64,000 nt of DNA, taken from positions 76,112-140,111 of the forward strand of contig CAUHSG010000001.1 of assembly GCA_959608885.1 (NCBI GenBank). Reading direction: 5' to 3'. The notes below the pieces were generated by a model. That model was not told the DNA's origin, did no database searches, and was given only the letters and a program-made list of their open reading frames with translations. Of the stretch, positions 19,803 to 29,221 are shown one piece after another (positions within the stretch are counted from its first letter, which is position 1; each line of letters opens with the position of its first letter). The position numbers were made by a program, and so were the translations under genes. Source of the DNA: an uncultured Coriobacteriia bacterium (GTDB lineage: Bacteria; Actinomycetota; Coriobacteriia; Coriobacteriales; QAMH01).

Positions 19803-20302
19803 GAGTTGCTCCCGATGGCTCGCATGCCGCGCACGGACCTGCGATCGAGCATACGGAGGAAATGGGTATGCAACGGGTCAGAGCCAGATTGGGGCACGAC
19901 GAGAATGGCATCCATCCCCACGCGATGCGCGCCGAGCACATCCGTGTAGCTTTGATCGCCGATCATGACGGCCTGGTTGCAGGCGACACCAAGCATCGCA
20001 CACGCCTCAACATAGCCATGCGCGAAGGGCTTCATCGCGTTGCGCACGAGAGGCACGCCAAGCACGAGGGCGGCTTCGATGACGCGCTCATGCGCGGTGT
20101 TCGAGATGAGCACCACGCCAAGACCGGCGTCCTCGAGCGAGCGCACCCAGGCGATGACCTCGTCGGACAGACCCACCGCACCACGTGGCTGCAAGGTGTT
20201 GTCGAGGTCAAGTAAGACGGCGCGATACCCTCGATCAACCAGCGTTTGGGGGTCGATGTCGAGCACCGACACGTAGTAGGCGTCTGGCCTGATGCCCCTC
20301 AT
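19799..20302 (-). CDS. yqeG: YqeG-family HAD-IIIA phosphatase
   Basis: 167-aa ORF with VLLDLDNTL, LISNT and MIGDQSYTDVLGAHRVGMDAILV. 4-nt overlap with aroE. Confidence 0.8.
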   Translation of the reverse strand: MRGIRPDAYYVSVLDIDPQTLVDRGYRAVLLDLDNTLQPRGAVGLSDEVIAWVRSLEDAGLGVVLISNTAHERVIEAALVLGVPLVRNAMKPFAHGYVEACAMLGVACNQAVMIGDQSYTDVLGAHRVGMDAILVVPQSGSDPLHTHFLRMLDRRSVRGMRAIGSNS

Positions 20303-20305
20303 CGG

Positions 20306-21385
20306 CTAGTCACCGTACTGCGCCCAGGCGGCGTTGAAATCGGCATCGTTCACGAAGAACATCGTCTTGCCCTCCCTATTGGAGAAGAAGAAGTAAAGGT
20401 AGTCAACCTGCGCGGGATTGGCCGCGGCCTGGATGGTCGTCATCGACGGATTGCAGATGGGACCGGCCGGCAGACCGTAATGATTGGGATTGCGCGTGTT
20501 GTACGGGCTGTCGCTTGCCAAATCCTCGAGCGTAAGCTCTTCGGTCATGTCCTTGCCGACAGCATAATACGTCGTCACGTCACTTCCCAGGGTCATGCCC
20601 TTTTGCAAGCGGTTGTAGAAGACGGCGGCAATCGGGGCCTTGTCATCCTCGGCCTGGTATTCCTTCTCGACCATGGAAGCAAGCGTCACCACGTCGTAGA
20701 GCGTGAGGTTCTTGGAAGCCGCATAGCTCATGTCAACGGTGGCAATCTGCGCGGCGAACTGGTCAAGCATCATGCGGATGATATCATCGGGTGTGGCGGA
20801 CGGATCGACGCGGTACGTATCCGGATAGAGGAAGCCTTCCATCGAGTTGTTGTAGACGCCCTCGAGGAAGGGATAGTCGGCGACGTAATCGGAAGCCTTC
20901 TGCGTCTGGGCGTAGAACTCCTCGGCATCGATGCCGCACGTAGCCTCGACCTTGTTCGCAATCTGGCGCAGGTTATAGCCTTCGGGAATGACGAGCTGCC
21001 GCCCCGTCTGACCGTTTGCGAGCATCTTGATGATGTTATCGAGGTCATCGCCGCCAATCATGAGATACGAGCCAGATTGCAGGCTCGAAGCCTGATCGAG
21101 CTGCTTGACGCGATCCGTGAACGCGTTAGCCGAGGCGATGACGCCATCGTCGACCAGTATGGAGGCAATCTGGTCGGTTGAGGAGCCGGCGGGAATCACG
21201 ACCTCGATCTCGGCGCCTTGCTTGACCTGACCCGTCTTATCGCCAAAGAGGCTCTGGCAGGCGACAAAGCCGATAACGGCGATGATGACGATTGCAACCA
21301 AGGCGATGATGAGCGCGCGCTTGCGCGACTTGCTCTTGCGCTTCTCCGTATAACTCGATGTCGCATAATGCTGACCTTGGGTCAT
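20306..21385 (-). CDS. mltG: Endolytic murein transglycosylase MltG (YceG-like)
   Basis: 359-aa ORF with an N-terminal TM and the YceG motifs IPEGYNLRQIA, ASMVEKE, FYNRL, LGSDVTTYY and YNTRNPNHYGLPAGPICNP. Confidence 0.9.
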   Translation of the reverse strand: MTQGQHYATSSYTEKRKSKSRKRALIIALVAIVIIAVIGFVACQSLFGDKTGQVKQGAEIEVVIPAGSSTDQIASILVDDGVIASANAFTDRVKQLDQASSLQSGSYLMIGGDDLDNIIKMLANGQTGRQLVIPEGYNLRQIANKVEATCGIDAEEFYAQTQKASDYVADYPFLEGVYNNSMEGFLYPDTYRVDPSATPDDIIRMMLDQFAAQIATVDMSYAASKNLTLYDVVTLASMVEKEYQAEDDKAPIAAVFYNRLQKGMTLGSDVTTYYAVGKDMTEELTLEDLASDSPYNTRNPNHYGLPAGPICNPSMTTIQAAANPAQVDYLYFFFSNREGKTMFFVNDADFNAAWAQYGD

Positions 21386-21813
21386 TGTTCCTCCATCTTG
21401 TCTTCGCCATGCGTGGCAAGCCAGGTCTCGAGAAAGAGCGAAGCGGCCACGCTGTCGATTTTACCGCGCATATCGCGCTCGGACAGACCCTGTTCACGCA
21501 GAAGGCGCTTGGCCTCGGCACTGCTCAGACGTTCGTCGACGAACTCGACGGGCAACCCACAAGTTCGCGCGATGCGTTCGGCCTGCTCGCGGATGCGCGT
21601 AGCCTGATGCCCCACGCCCCCCCGCATCGTCTTGGGGAGCCCGCAAACGAGCATCTCGGGCTCATGGTCTTGCACGAGCATGCGCCAGGGTCGCGCATTA
21701 TCAAGCACCTCGTGCGCGTCCATGACACGCAGAGGAGCGGCGATGCCCGTCGTCGTATCCGCGACCGCAACGCCGATGCGCTTCTCCCCTATGTCAAGTC
21801 CCATGACGCGCAT
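21382..21813 (-). CDS. ruvX: Putative pre-16S rRNA nuclease / Holliday junction resolvase-like protein RuvX (YqgF)
   Basis: The track ORF (to 22143) runs into alaS. ATG 21813 gives a 143-aa protein, MRVMGLDIGEKRIGVAVAD...GLPKTMRGG...VDERLSSAEA, which is the YqgF signature. Confidence 0.9.
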   Translation of the reverse strand: MRVMGLDIGEKRIGVAVADTTTGIAAPLRVMDAHEVLDNARPWRMLVQDHEPEMLVCGLPKTMRGGVGHQATRIREQAERIARTCGLPVEFVDERLSSAEAKRLLREQGLSERDMRGKIDSVAASLFLETWLATHGEDKMEEQ

Positions 21814-21829
21814 GTGCACCAAAGTAGAC

Positions 21830-24475
21830 CTAAATGCCGAAGATCGCCTTCGCCTTTTCGATGGCAGCGGGAATGCCTTCGGCGTTCTTGCCGCCCGCCT
21901 GGGCCATCGTCGGCTTACCGCCACCGCCGCCGCCAATGAGCGGAGCAACATTTGCGATAACGTCCTTGGCGTTGAAGCCGGCATCAACCGCACCCTGCGT
22001 ACCAGCTGCGAGCATGAGCGGGTTTCCCCCCTCGGGATTACGCGCAAAGAGCACGACTGCAAAGGGATCGCCGCCACTACGCTGCTTGACGATGTCCCAC
22101 ATCTCGCGCATGCCCTGGACAAGCGCTTCTCCCAGATCGGCAATGATGAGCTTGTATCCGTCGAGTTCGGAAGCCATTTGCATGAATTCGGTGACGCTAC
22201 CCTCGGCAGCTGCCTTCATGCGACGTCTGCGCATGCCCTCGAGCTCGTCGAGTTGAGTCTGCATCTTAGCGACGCGCTCGGAGACATCGAGCGGCGGAAC
22301 CTTGAGAAAGCGCGCGGTCTCGCGCAACTCCTCTTCCATGCGTGACATGTACTGATAGGCCTCGATGCTCGTCACGGCCTCGAGACGACGCGTATTGGCA
22401 CCGATGGAGGTCTCTTGCACGATCTTGAACAGGCCGATTTCGCTCGTGTTGCCCACGTGCGTGCCACCACAGAGCTCCTTGGAGAAGGTTCCCGTCTCGA
22501 TGACGCGGACGAACTCGCCGTACTTCTCGCCAAAGAGCGCCAAGACGCCCGCCTCGCGCGCTGCGGTGAGCGAGGTCTCGTATGCGTATACGGGCAGGTC
22601 GGACATGATGACGTTGTTGCAGATACGCTCGACCTCGAGAATCTGCTCGTGGGTCATGGGCTCGAAGTGCGTGAAGTCGAAACGCAGCCTGTCGGGCGCG
22701 ACGAGCGAGCCCGCCTGCTTGACATGCTCGCCGAGCACCTCGGAAAGCGCGCGCTGCAAAATGTGCGTCGCCGTATGGTTGCGGGCGATGAGCGCACGGC
22801 GGCGACGGTCGATGGCCGCATGCACGACGTCATCCTTGTGGATGGTACCGCTCGTCACCACGCCGTGGTGGACGGGCAGGCCCTCCTCGGGGCGCTTCGT
22901 GTCATCGACGTCGACCACGCCCAACTCGCTTGAGATGGTGCCGGTATCGCCTACCTGGCCGCCCATCTCACCGTAGAACGGCGTCTTGTCGAGTACGATA
23001 GCGACGTGCTCGCCCTCATGGGCCTCATCGACGATAGCGCCATCGACGATGATGTCGACGACGCGCGCGTCGCATTCGTCTTCCTTGTAGCCCACGAACT
23101 CGGTGGGGCCGTGAACATCGAGAATGTGCGTGAAGACGTCGCCGAAGCCGTCCCAGGCCTCGTCATTGCGAGCCGCACGCGCGCGGTCGCGTTGGGCCGT
23201 CATCTCGCGCTCGAAACCATCCATGTCGACCTCGATGCCATGCTCGAGGCAAATCTCGGCCGTGAGCTCGACAGGGAATCCGTAGGTATCATGCAGGGTA
23301 AAGGCAGCAACACCATCGAGCACATCACCCTCGTTCATACCCTCGATGGTCTCCTCGAGATAGTGCATGCCCGTGTCGATGGTGCGGTTGAAGCGCTCCT
23401 CCTCGGAAAGCAGCACCTTCTCGATGAGCGCTTTGTTCTCGATGATTTCGGGGTATACCGCGCCCATCTCGTCGCAGATGGCGTCGAGGAAGCTCTTGAG
23501 GAAGGGACCCTCGATGCCGATGAGGCGACCATGGCGAACGGCACGGCGAAGCAAGCGACGCAGGACGTAACCGCGGCCCTCGTTGGAGGGCAAGATGCCA
23601 TCACCAATCATGAAGACGATAGCGCGGGAGTGATCGGCCATGATGCGCAGCGAGAGGTCGGTGAGCTCGTCTTGCCCGTAGCGACGGTCACTTAGTCTCT
23701 CGCCCACCTCGATGAGACCATGCAGGATGTCGGTGTCGAAGTTGGAGCTCACACCCTGCATGATGGCAGCCATGCGCTCGAGGCCCAGACCGGTATCGAT
23801 GTTCTTCTTCTCGAGCGGAACCATCGTGCCATCTTCCTGGCGGTCGAACTGCGTGAAGACGAGGTTCCAGTACTCGAGGAAGCGGTCGCAATCGCAGCCG
23901 GGCTTGCAGTCCGGGCTGCCACAGCCAACGCCTTCTCCCTGGTCGTAGTAGAGCTCGGAGCACGGGCCGCACGGGCCGGTGGGGCCGGCAACCCAGAAGT
24001 TATCATCGGCGCCGAGACGCGAGATATGGCTCGCCGGGACGCCTACCTCCTGCCAGATGTCGGCAGTCTCCTCGTCTTCCTCGTAAATCGTCACGTAGAT
24101 GCGTTCGGGATCGAGTCCGAGCACATCGACGGAGAACTCATAGGCCCAGGCGCACATCTCCTTCTTGAAATAGGCGCCGAAGCTGAAGTTACCAAGCATC
24201 TCGAAGAAGGAGAGGTGACGGCCATCAGTGCCGATGATGTCGATATCGTTGGTGCGCACGCACTTCTGCACGGTCGTCGTGCCCACATAACGCGGATCGA
24301 GGTGCTTTTGCTGCAGGAAGTAGGGCTTGAACTGCACCATGCCCGCAACGGTGAGCAACAGCGACGGGTCATCGGGAATGAGGGAGGAAGATGGCCAGCG
24401 CTGGCAGCCCTTCTCCTCGAAGAACTTGAGATATGCCTCGCGAATCTCGGCAGACGTGGTGGGTATGGACGCCAT
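21830..24475 (-). CDS. alaS: Alanine--tRNA ligase
   Basis: 881-aa ORF with class II core motifs, the editing-domain HTATHIL...CGGTH and a C-terminal DHHA1 GGGGGKP. Confidence 0.95.
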   Translation of the reverse strand: MASIPTTSAEIREAYLKFFEEKGCQRWPSSSLIPDDPSLLLTVAGMVQFKPYFLQQKHLDPRYVGTTTVQKCVRTNDIDIIGTDGRHLSFFEMLGNFSFGAYFKKEMCAWAYEFSVDVLGLDPERIYVTIYEEDEETADIWQEVGVPASHISRLGADDNFWVAGPTGPCGPCSELYYDQGEGVGCGSPDCKPGCDCDRFLEYWNLVFTQFDRQEDGTMVPLEKKNIDTGLGLERMAAIMQGVSSNFDTDILHGLIEVGERLSDRRYGQDELTDLSLRIMADHSRAIVFMIGDGILPSNEGRGYVLRRLLRRAVRHGRLIGIEGPFLKSFLDAICDEMGAVYPEIIENKALIEKVLLSEEERFNRTIDTGMHYLEETIEGMNEGDVLDGVAAFTLHDTYGFPVELTAEICLEHGIEVDMDGFEREMTAQRDRARAARNDEAWDGFGDVFTHILDVHGPTEFVGYKEDECDARVVDIIVDGAIVDEAHEGEHVAIVLDKTPFYGEMGGQVGDTGTISSELGVVDVDDTKRPEEGLPVHHGVVTSGTIHKDDVVHAAIDRRRRALIARNHTATHILQRALSEVLGEHVKQAGSLVAPDRLRFDFTHFEPMTHEQILEVERICNNVIMSDLPVYAYETSLTAAREAGVLALFGEKYGEFVRVIETGTFSKELCGGTHVGNTSEIGLFKIVQETSIGANTRRLEAVTSIEAYQYMSRMEEELRETARFLKVPPLDVSERVAKMQTQLDELEGMRRRRMKAAAEGSVTEFMQMASELDGYKLIIADLGEALVQGMREMWDIVKQRSGGDPFAVVLFARNPEGGNPLMLAAGTQGAVDAGFNAKDVIANVAPLIGGGGGGKPTMAQAGGKNAEGIPAAIEKAKAIFGI

Positions 24476-24525
24476 GATGCTCCTTGCTCGTTCGTGCTTC
24501 TATGCGGATACGTGATGAATACGCG

Positions 24526-25182
24526 TTATACCGTCTTGGCAGCATCGTCGACAGCTGCCTCAGTATCGACCCCCTGGGTGGGGGCATGGGGGACCGCCTG
24601 GCCACTTGCCTCGATGACGATGTCGACCTCTTCGACCGCAATGTTCTCGGTGCAAGCATTGGCAGCCTGTTGGGCGGCTTCCTTCATCGCTTCGTCATCG
24701 GCAGTGCTTGCCTGGGCATGCTCGTCAGTCGCAGCCTGGCCCTCGTCCTCGAGAGCACCTCCGACGGGATAGACCAGGCGCTCCTGCTTGGCCTTGTTGC
24801 TGCGCTTGGAGCCAAGCGAGCCACGGATGCGGTCGACAATCGAGGTCACGGCATCGGCAGGTGCGGAGGTAACCGCATCAACCGTGGTAGCCGCCTTGCC
24901 GGCAACGTCGGTAATCTGCTCGACATCCTCGAGAATCGCGTCGACGCGCAGCATCTCGAGATTGACGGTGTCGAGCATGAGCTCGGCCTTGTCGACCATC
25001 GGATTGACCTTCGTGAGCGCGGGCGCGACCTCCTTCTCGGCATCGGCCGCGATATTCTGGACCGACTTCATCGTCACGCTTGCACGATAGAGGATGATGA
25101 TGAGAAAGACGAGGGCGACGATGCCCAAGATTACGAGAACGGCTGCCGCGAACGGCCATGCCTGCGTAAGAAAGTCATTCAT
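24526..25182 (-). CDS. DUF948-like membrane-anchored coiled-coil protein
   Basis: 218-aa ORF with an N-terminal TM (WPFAAAVLVILGIVALVFLIIILY), then a helical region of the DUF948 type and an acidic tail. It lies immediately upstream of alaS. Confidence 0.65.
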   Translation of the reverse strand: MNDFLTQAWPFAAAVLVILGIVALVFLIIILYRASVTMKSVQNIAADAEKEVAPALTKVNPMVDKAELMLDTVNLEMLRVDAILEDVEQITDVAGKAATTVDAVTSAPADAVTSIVDRIRGSLGSKRSNKAKQERLVYPVGGALEDEGQAATDEHAQASTADDEAMKEAAQQAANACTENIAVEEVDIVIEASGQAVPHAPTQGVDTEAAVDDAAKTV

Positions 25183-25295
25183 GAGAGTCCCCTAAACCAT
25201 GTCGGGTTCACGTGTGCATATACAGATTTAGATGATAGCGCAGTTTGCCCCGCTTGCGAAACGCGATGTGCCCTTTTGCGCATAAAGAGAGATTT

Positions 25296-25416
25296 GAAAT
25301 GAGAAATTCGCCCGAGGTATAACCCCCATCCGCTGTTGCACCTACGTGCGAGCGAGTCGCCTCACTTCGACGGTCGCTTCCCGACAGCCCGCTTCGCGGT
25401 CCTTACGGCGCGCTCC
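25296..25416 (+). repeat. Dispersed intergenic repeat, copy 1
   Basis: GAAATGAGAAATT...GTCGCCTCACTTCGACGGTCGCTTCCCGACAGCCCGCTTCGCGGTCCTTACGGCGCGCTCC. The 61-nt core (25356-25416) is about 90 percent identical to 36345-36405, in the same orientation. Confidence 0.6.
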
Positions 25417-25456
25417 CTTGTACCTCCGTTCGACAGCGCGCCTGCACGTAGCTAAC

Positions 25457-26749
25457 CTACTCCTCTGGCGGGAAGCGGAGCTTTTCCCAGCCGATACTGG
25501 TCGGCTTGTAGAAGCAACCCCGCTCGAGACCATCGGGAAGATACTGTTGCTCGACCTGGGCACCGGGATAATCATGGGGGTAGAGGTACGTGCCGTAAGC
25601 TTCGGAGCCGGGACGATGGCGGTCACGCAGGTGCGTGGGCACATTGCGCAGCGGTCCTTCACGCACCTCCTTGAGCGCGGCATCGATGGCAAGATAGGCC
25701 GCGTTGGACTTGGGCGCAAGCGCCATATAGATGGCCGCCTCGGCCAAGTTGATGCGACATTCGGGATATCCGATGCTCTCAGCTGACTTGAAGGCAGCTG
25801 CCGCGATGGTAATGGCACGCGGATCTGCAAGGCCCACGTCCTCGCTCGCCAAGATGAAGATGCGACGCGCGATGAAGCGCGGATCCTCCCCGCCCTCGAT
25901 CATGCGCGCGAGCCAGTAGACGGTCGCGTCCGGATCGCTGCCGCGCATCGACTTGATGAAGGCCGAGATGACATCGTAGTGCGTGTCCCCGTCCTTGTCA
26001 TAGGGAAGCTGACGGCGTGGCGATGCCTCGCGCACTTGCTCGGTACCGATCTCTCCCCCGGACTCGGTGAGAGCCGCCGCAAGCTCGAGTGTCGTGAGTG
26101 CCGTACGGGCATCCCCACCAGCAGTGATCACGATGGCATTGAGGGCCTCATCGGAAATCGTGTACTCGTTGGCAAGACCACGCTCGTCCTCGATCGCACG
26201 TTTGACGAGCATCTTGATGCCATGATTGCCGATGGGCTTGAGCTCGACGATACGCGAGCGCGATATGAGGGCCGAGTTGACCTCGAAGAAGGGGTTTTCG
26301 GTCGTTGCGCCAATGAGAATGACGATACGGTCTTCGACGGCATGGAGTAGGGCGTCTTGTTGCGAACGCGAGAAGCGGTGAATCTCGTCGATGAAGAGAA
26401 TGGTGCGACGCTTGAAGGCAAGCAGGCGTTCCTCGGCCGCCTTGATTTCGCGGCGTAAATCAGCGACCGTACCCGACACGGCCGACACCTCGACAAAGGC
26501 GGCGTTCGTGGAATTGGCGATGACATGGGCGATGGAGGTCTTGCCCGTGCCCGCCGGCCCGAAGAGGATGACCGAGGAAAGCGCGTCGTTGGCGATGGCG
26601 CGCCTGAGCCAGGTATCCTTGCCGATGGCCTCTTCCTGACCGACTATCTCGTTGAGCGTATGCGGACGCATGCGCACGGCAAGCGGAGCGGCCGCAAAGC
26701 GCGTCTCGCCGTCAACTTCGCTGAAGAGCGTGTCCATCGAGCTATCCAT
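25457..26749 (-). CDS. rarA: Replication-associated recombination protein A (RarA/MgsA AAA+ ATPase)
   Basis: 430-aa ORF with PLAVRMRP, Walker A GPAGTGKTS, DEIHRFSRSQQDALL and the MgsA C-terminal domain (YDVISAFIKSMRGSDPDA, YLYPHDY). Confidence 0.9.
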   Translation of the reverse strand: MDSSMDTLFSEVDGETRFAAAPLAVRMRPHTLNEIVGQEEAIGKDTWLRRAIANDALSSVILFGPAGTGKTSIAHVIANSTNAAFVEVSAVSGTVADLRREIKAAEERLLAFKRRTILFIDEIHRFSRSQQDALLHAVEDRIVILIGATTENPFFEVNSALISRSRIVELKPIGNHGIKMLVKRAIEDERGLANEYTISDEALNAIVITAGGDARTALTTLELAAALTESGGEIGTEQVREASPRRQLPYDKDGDTHYDVISAFIKSMRGSDPDATVYWLARMIEGGEDPRFIARRIFILASEDVGLADPRAITIAAAAFKSAESIGYPECRINLAEAAIYMALAPKSNAAYLAIDAALKEVREGPLRNVPTHLRDRHRPGSEAYGTYLYPHDYPGAQVEQQYLPDGLERGCFYKPTSIGWEKLRFPPEE

Positions 26750-26805
26750 GCGCCCATGATACCGCAGATGGACAAAACCGCAGGACTAGGCGCGCATGCT
26801 GATGC

Positions 26806-27567
26806 CTACTCGTCAATATCGAGCATGAGTGATACGGGACAGTGATCGCTGCCATAGACATCGGATTCTATACCTGCCTCGACGACGCGGTCTTTCAGGG
26901 AATCACTCACGAGGAAGTAATCGATGCGCCACCCGACGTTTCGCTCGCGAGCCTTCATGCGATAGCTCCACCAGGAATACGCATCCGTCGTATCGGGATG
27001 GAGCAGGCGGAAGGTGTCGACGAAGCCGCTGGCGAGAAGCTCGTCGAACTTTCCGCGCTCCTCATCGGAGAAACCGGCGTTACCGACGTTCTCCTTGGGA
27101 CGTGCCAGGTCGATGGGCTCATGTGCGACGTTCATGTCACCGCAGACCACGACGCCCTTCTTGGAGGCAAGACCTGTCAGATACTCCCTGAAGCTATCCT
27201 CGAACGCGCAGCGGTAGTCGATACGCGCAAGCTCGTGCTGGGCATTGGGCGTGTAGACGCACACGAAGTAGAAGTCCTCGAACTCGAGCGTGACGGTGCG
27301 ACCCTCGCAATCGAAGCGACTGTCGCCGATGCCGTGGAAGACGGCGAGCGGCTCACGTTTCGTAAAGACGGCAGTGCCCGAATAGCCTTTCTTCTCCGCG
27401 TAGCTCCAGTACTCGTGATAGTCCTCGAAATCGATGGGGCTCTGGCCCTCCTGGAGCTTCGTCTCCTGAATGGCGAAGATGTCCGCGTCAAATGCGCGAA
27501 AGATCTCGTCGAAGCCCTTCTTGGCAACTGCTCGCAGACCATTGACGTTCCATGACACGAATTTCAT
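26806..27567 (-). CDS. xth: Exodeoxyribonuclease III
   Basis: 253-aa ORF with MKFVSWNVNGLRA, ADIFAIQETK, CGDMNVAH, WWSYR, GWRIDY and GSDHCPV motifs. Confidence 0.9.
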   Translation of the reverse strand: MKFVSWNVNGLRAVAKKGFDEIFRAFDADIFAIQETKLQEGQSPIDFEDYHEYWSYAEKKGYSGTAVFTKREPLAVFHGIGDSRFDCEGRTVTLEFEDFYFVCVYTPNAQHELARIDYRCAFEDSFREYLTGLASKKGVVVCGDMNVAHEPIDLARPKENVGNAGFSDEERGKFDELLASGFVDTFRLLHPDTTDAYSWWSYRMKARERNVGWRIDYFLVSDSLKDRVVEAGIESDVYGSDHCPVSLMLDIDE

Positions 27568-27617
27568 CTGTGATAACCCTTTCCGCGCGCGTTAGGGGCC
27601 TGACCCCGTGGCACATC

Positions 27618-28436
27618 TTATCTGCAAAGCTGCCAGAACGCGACGGCGCTTGCGGCGGCGACGTTGAGCGAGTCAACGCCATGCGCCATCGGGATGCGCA
27701 CCGTGTAGTCGCACCGGGCAATCGTCGCGAGCGCCAAGCCATCGCCCTCGGTCCCGAATATCATCGCGAGCTTTTCCTCGGCGTTGAGCGCGGCATCGTC
27801 AAGGGAAACCGACTCGTCACTCAATGCGAGCGCAGCCGTCTTGAAGCCAAGTTCGTGCAGACACTTCATGCCGTTTTCGGGCCAATCGCCCGCATTCACG
27901 CCAATACGCGTCCAGGGAACCTGGAACACCGCGCCCATCGAGACGCGCACGGCTCGACGATAGAGCGGATCACAGCACGTCGGCGTCACGAGCACCGCAT
28001 CGACGTCAAGTGCGGCCGCCGAGCGAAATATGGCTCCCACGTTCGTGTGGTCGACGATGCCCTCGAGCACGGCGACGCGCCGGGCATCGCAAAGCAGCTC
28101 CTCGACCGTGGGCAGCTGTGGACGTCGCATCGCGCAGAGCACGCCACGTGTCAGCTTGAAGCCCGTAAGATCCTCGAGCATGACGTCGTCACCCGTGTAG
28201 ACGGGAACGTCACCGCAAGCCGCAATGAGTTCCGCACACTCCTCGAGGTGCGAACGCGCCATGAGCAGGGAGAGCGGCTGCATTCCCGCGTCAAGTGCGC
28301 GAACTATGACCTTGGGCGATTCGGCGATGAAGACGCCCTTCTCGGGTTCGAGCCTATTGCGCAGCTGCGCTTCGGTCAGACGCGCATAGACGTCAAGCTC
28401 CGCGTTTTCCAATGATGTGATTTCGACAAGGTTCAT
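27618..28436 (-). CDS. TrmH/SpoU-family RNA 2'-O-methyltransferase
   Basis: 272-aa ORF with the SpoU motifs HTNVGAIFRSAAALDVDAVLV, IFGTEGDGL and IPMAHGVDSLNVAAASAVAFW. Confidence 0.85.
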   Translation of the reverse strand: MNLVEITSLENAELDVYARLTEAQLRNRLEPEKGVFIAESPKVIVRALDAGMQPLSLLMARSHLEECAELIAACGDVPVYTGDDVMLEDLTGFKLTRGVLCAMRRPQLPTVEELLCDARRVAVLEGIVDHTNVGAIFRSAAALDVDAVLVTPTCCDPLYRRAVRVSMGAVFQVPWTRIGVNAGDWPENGMKCLHELGFKTAALALSDESVSLDDAALNAEEKLAMIFGTEGDGLALATIARCDYTVRIPMAHGVDSLNVAAASAVAFWQLCR

Positions 28437-28451
28437 ATCGTTACCAACGAA

Positions 28452-28482
28452 GACGGGTCACCGGAAACCCCGATGACCCGTC
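28452..28482 (-). terminator. Hairpin downstream of the rubrerythrin gene
   Basis: GACGGGTCA-N13-TGACCCGTC, a 9-bp stem. On the minus strand it is followed by TTCGTTGG, a weak T-tract. Confidence 0.4.
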
Positions 28483-28553
28483 GTCTCTGCCTGCTGAAAA
28501 GCTGTTACTCGTCCTCGACAAACTCGAATTCCGAGGCAGGAGCACCGCAAATG

Positions 28554-29093
28554 CTAGTAGTTCTCGGCGCGAAGCTCGAAGAACGCCTTGGGATGCGCGC
28601 ACACCGGGCAGATCTCGGGAGCGTTCTTGCCGATGACGATATGACCGCAGTTGCGGCAAATCCAGATGGCATCGCCATCGCGGCTGAAGACCAATCCGTC
28701 CTCGATGTTCTCGATGAGCTTGCGATAGCGCTCCTCATGCTGCTTCTCGATGGCGCCGACCATCTCGAAGCGCAGGGCGATCTCCTCGAAACCCTCCTCG
28801 CGAGCGGTCTTGGCGAAGCCGGCGTACATGTCGGTCCACTCGTAGTTCTCGCCAGCAGCCGCGTCCTCGAGATTGGGAAGCGTCTCGGGCATTGCGCCGC
28901 CATGAAGGTACTTGAACCAAATCTTGGCATGCTCCTTCTCGTTGTGCGAGGTCTCGAGGAAGAGAGCCGCGATCTGCTCGTAACCGTCCTTCTTGGCCTG
29001 GCTGGCATAGTACTCGTACTTGGTATGCGCCTGGGACTCGCCCGCAAAGGCGGTCTGCAGATTGATCTCTGTCTGGCTACCCTTCAAATCCAT
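28554..29093 (-). CDS. rbr: Rubrerythrin
   Basis: 179-aa ORF with di-iron ferritin-like EGESQA...EKEHA / E..H motifs and a C-terminal rubredoxin-like CRNCGH...CPVCAHPK. Confidence 0.9.
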   Translation of the reverse strand: MDLKGSQTEINLQTAFAGESQAHTKYEYYASQAKKDGYEQIAALFLETSHNEKEHAKIWFKYLHGGAMPETLPNLEDAAAGENYEWTDMYAGFAKTAREEGFEEIALRFEMVGAIEKQHEERYRKLIENIEDGLVFSRDGDAIWICRNCGHIVIGKNAPEICPVCAHPKAFFELRAENY

Positions 29094-29221
29094 GGTGTTC
29101 CTCTTTCCTTTTGAATCAATGGGCCAATATGCGGCTAAGTATACGCACTTTCACGACAAAGGGAGCTATCAATTTATTTCCAACACAAAATGATTTCCCC
29201 GGCGCGAAGACAAAGCGAACG

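Noticed and set aside
21814-22143. Upstream extensions of several track ORFs (21382..22143, 42335..43210, 42871..43821, 43706..44953, 54358..54855, 57856..59040, 50027..50497, 50512..51702)
   Set aside because: The extensions run into the preceding gene or intergenic DNA and encode Arg/Pro-rich junk. Internal ATGs with Shine-Dalgarno sequences give N-termini that match the known families.
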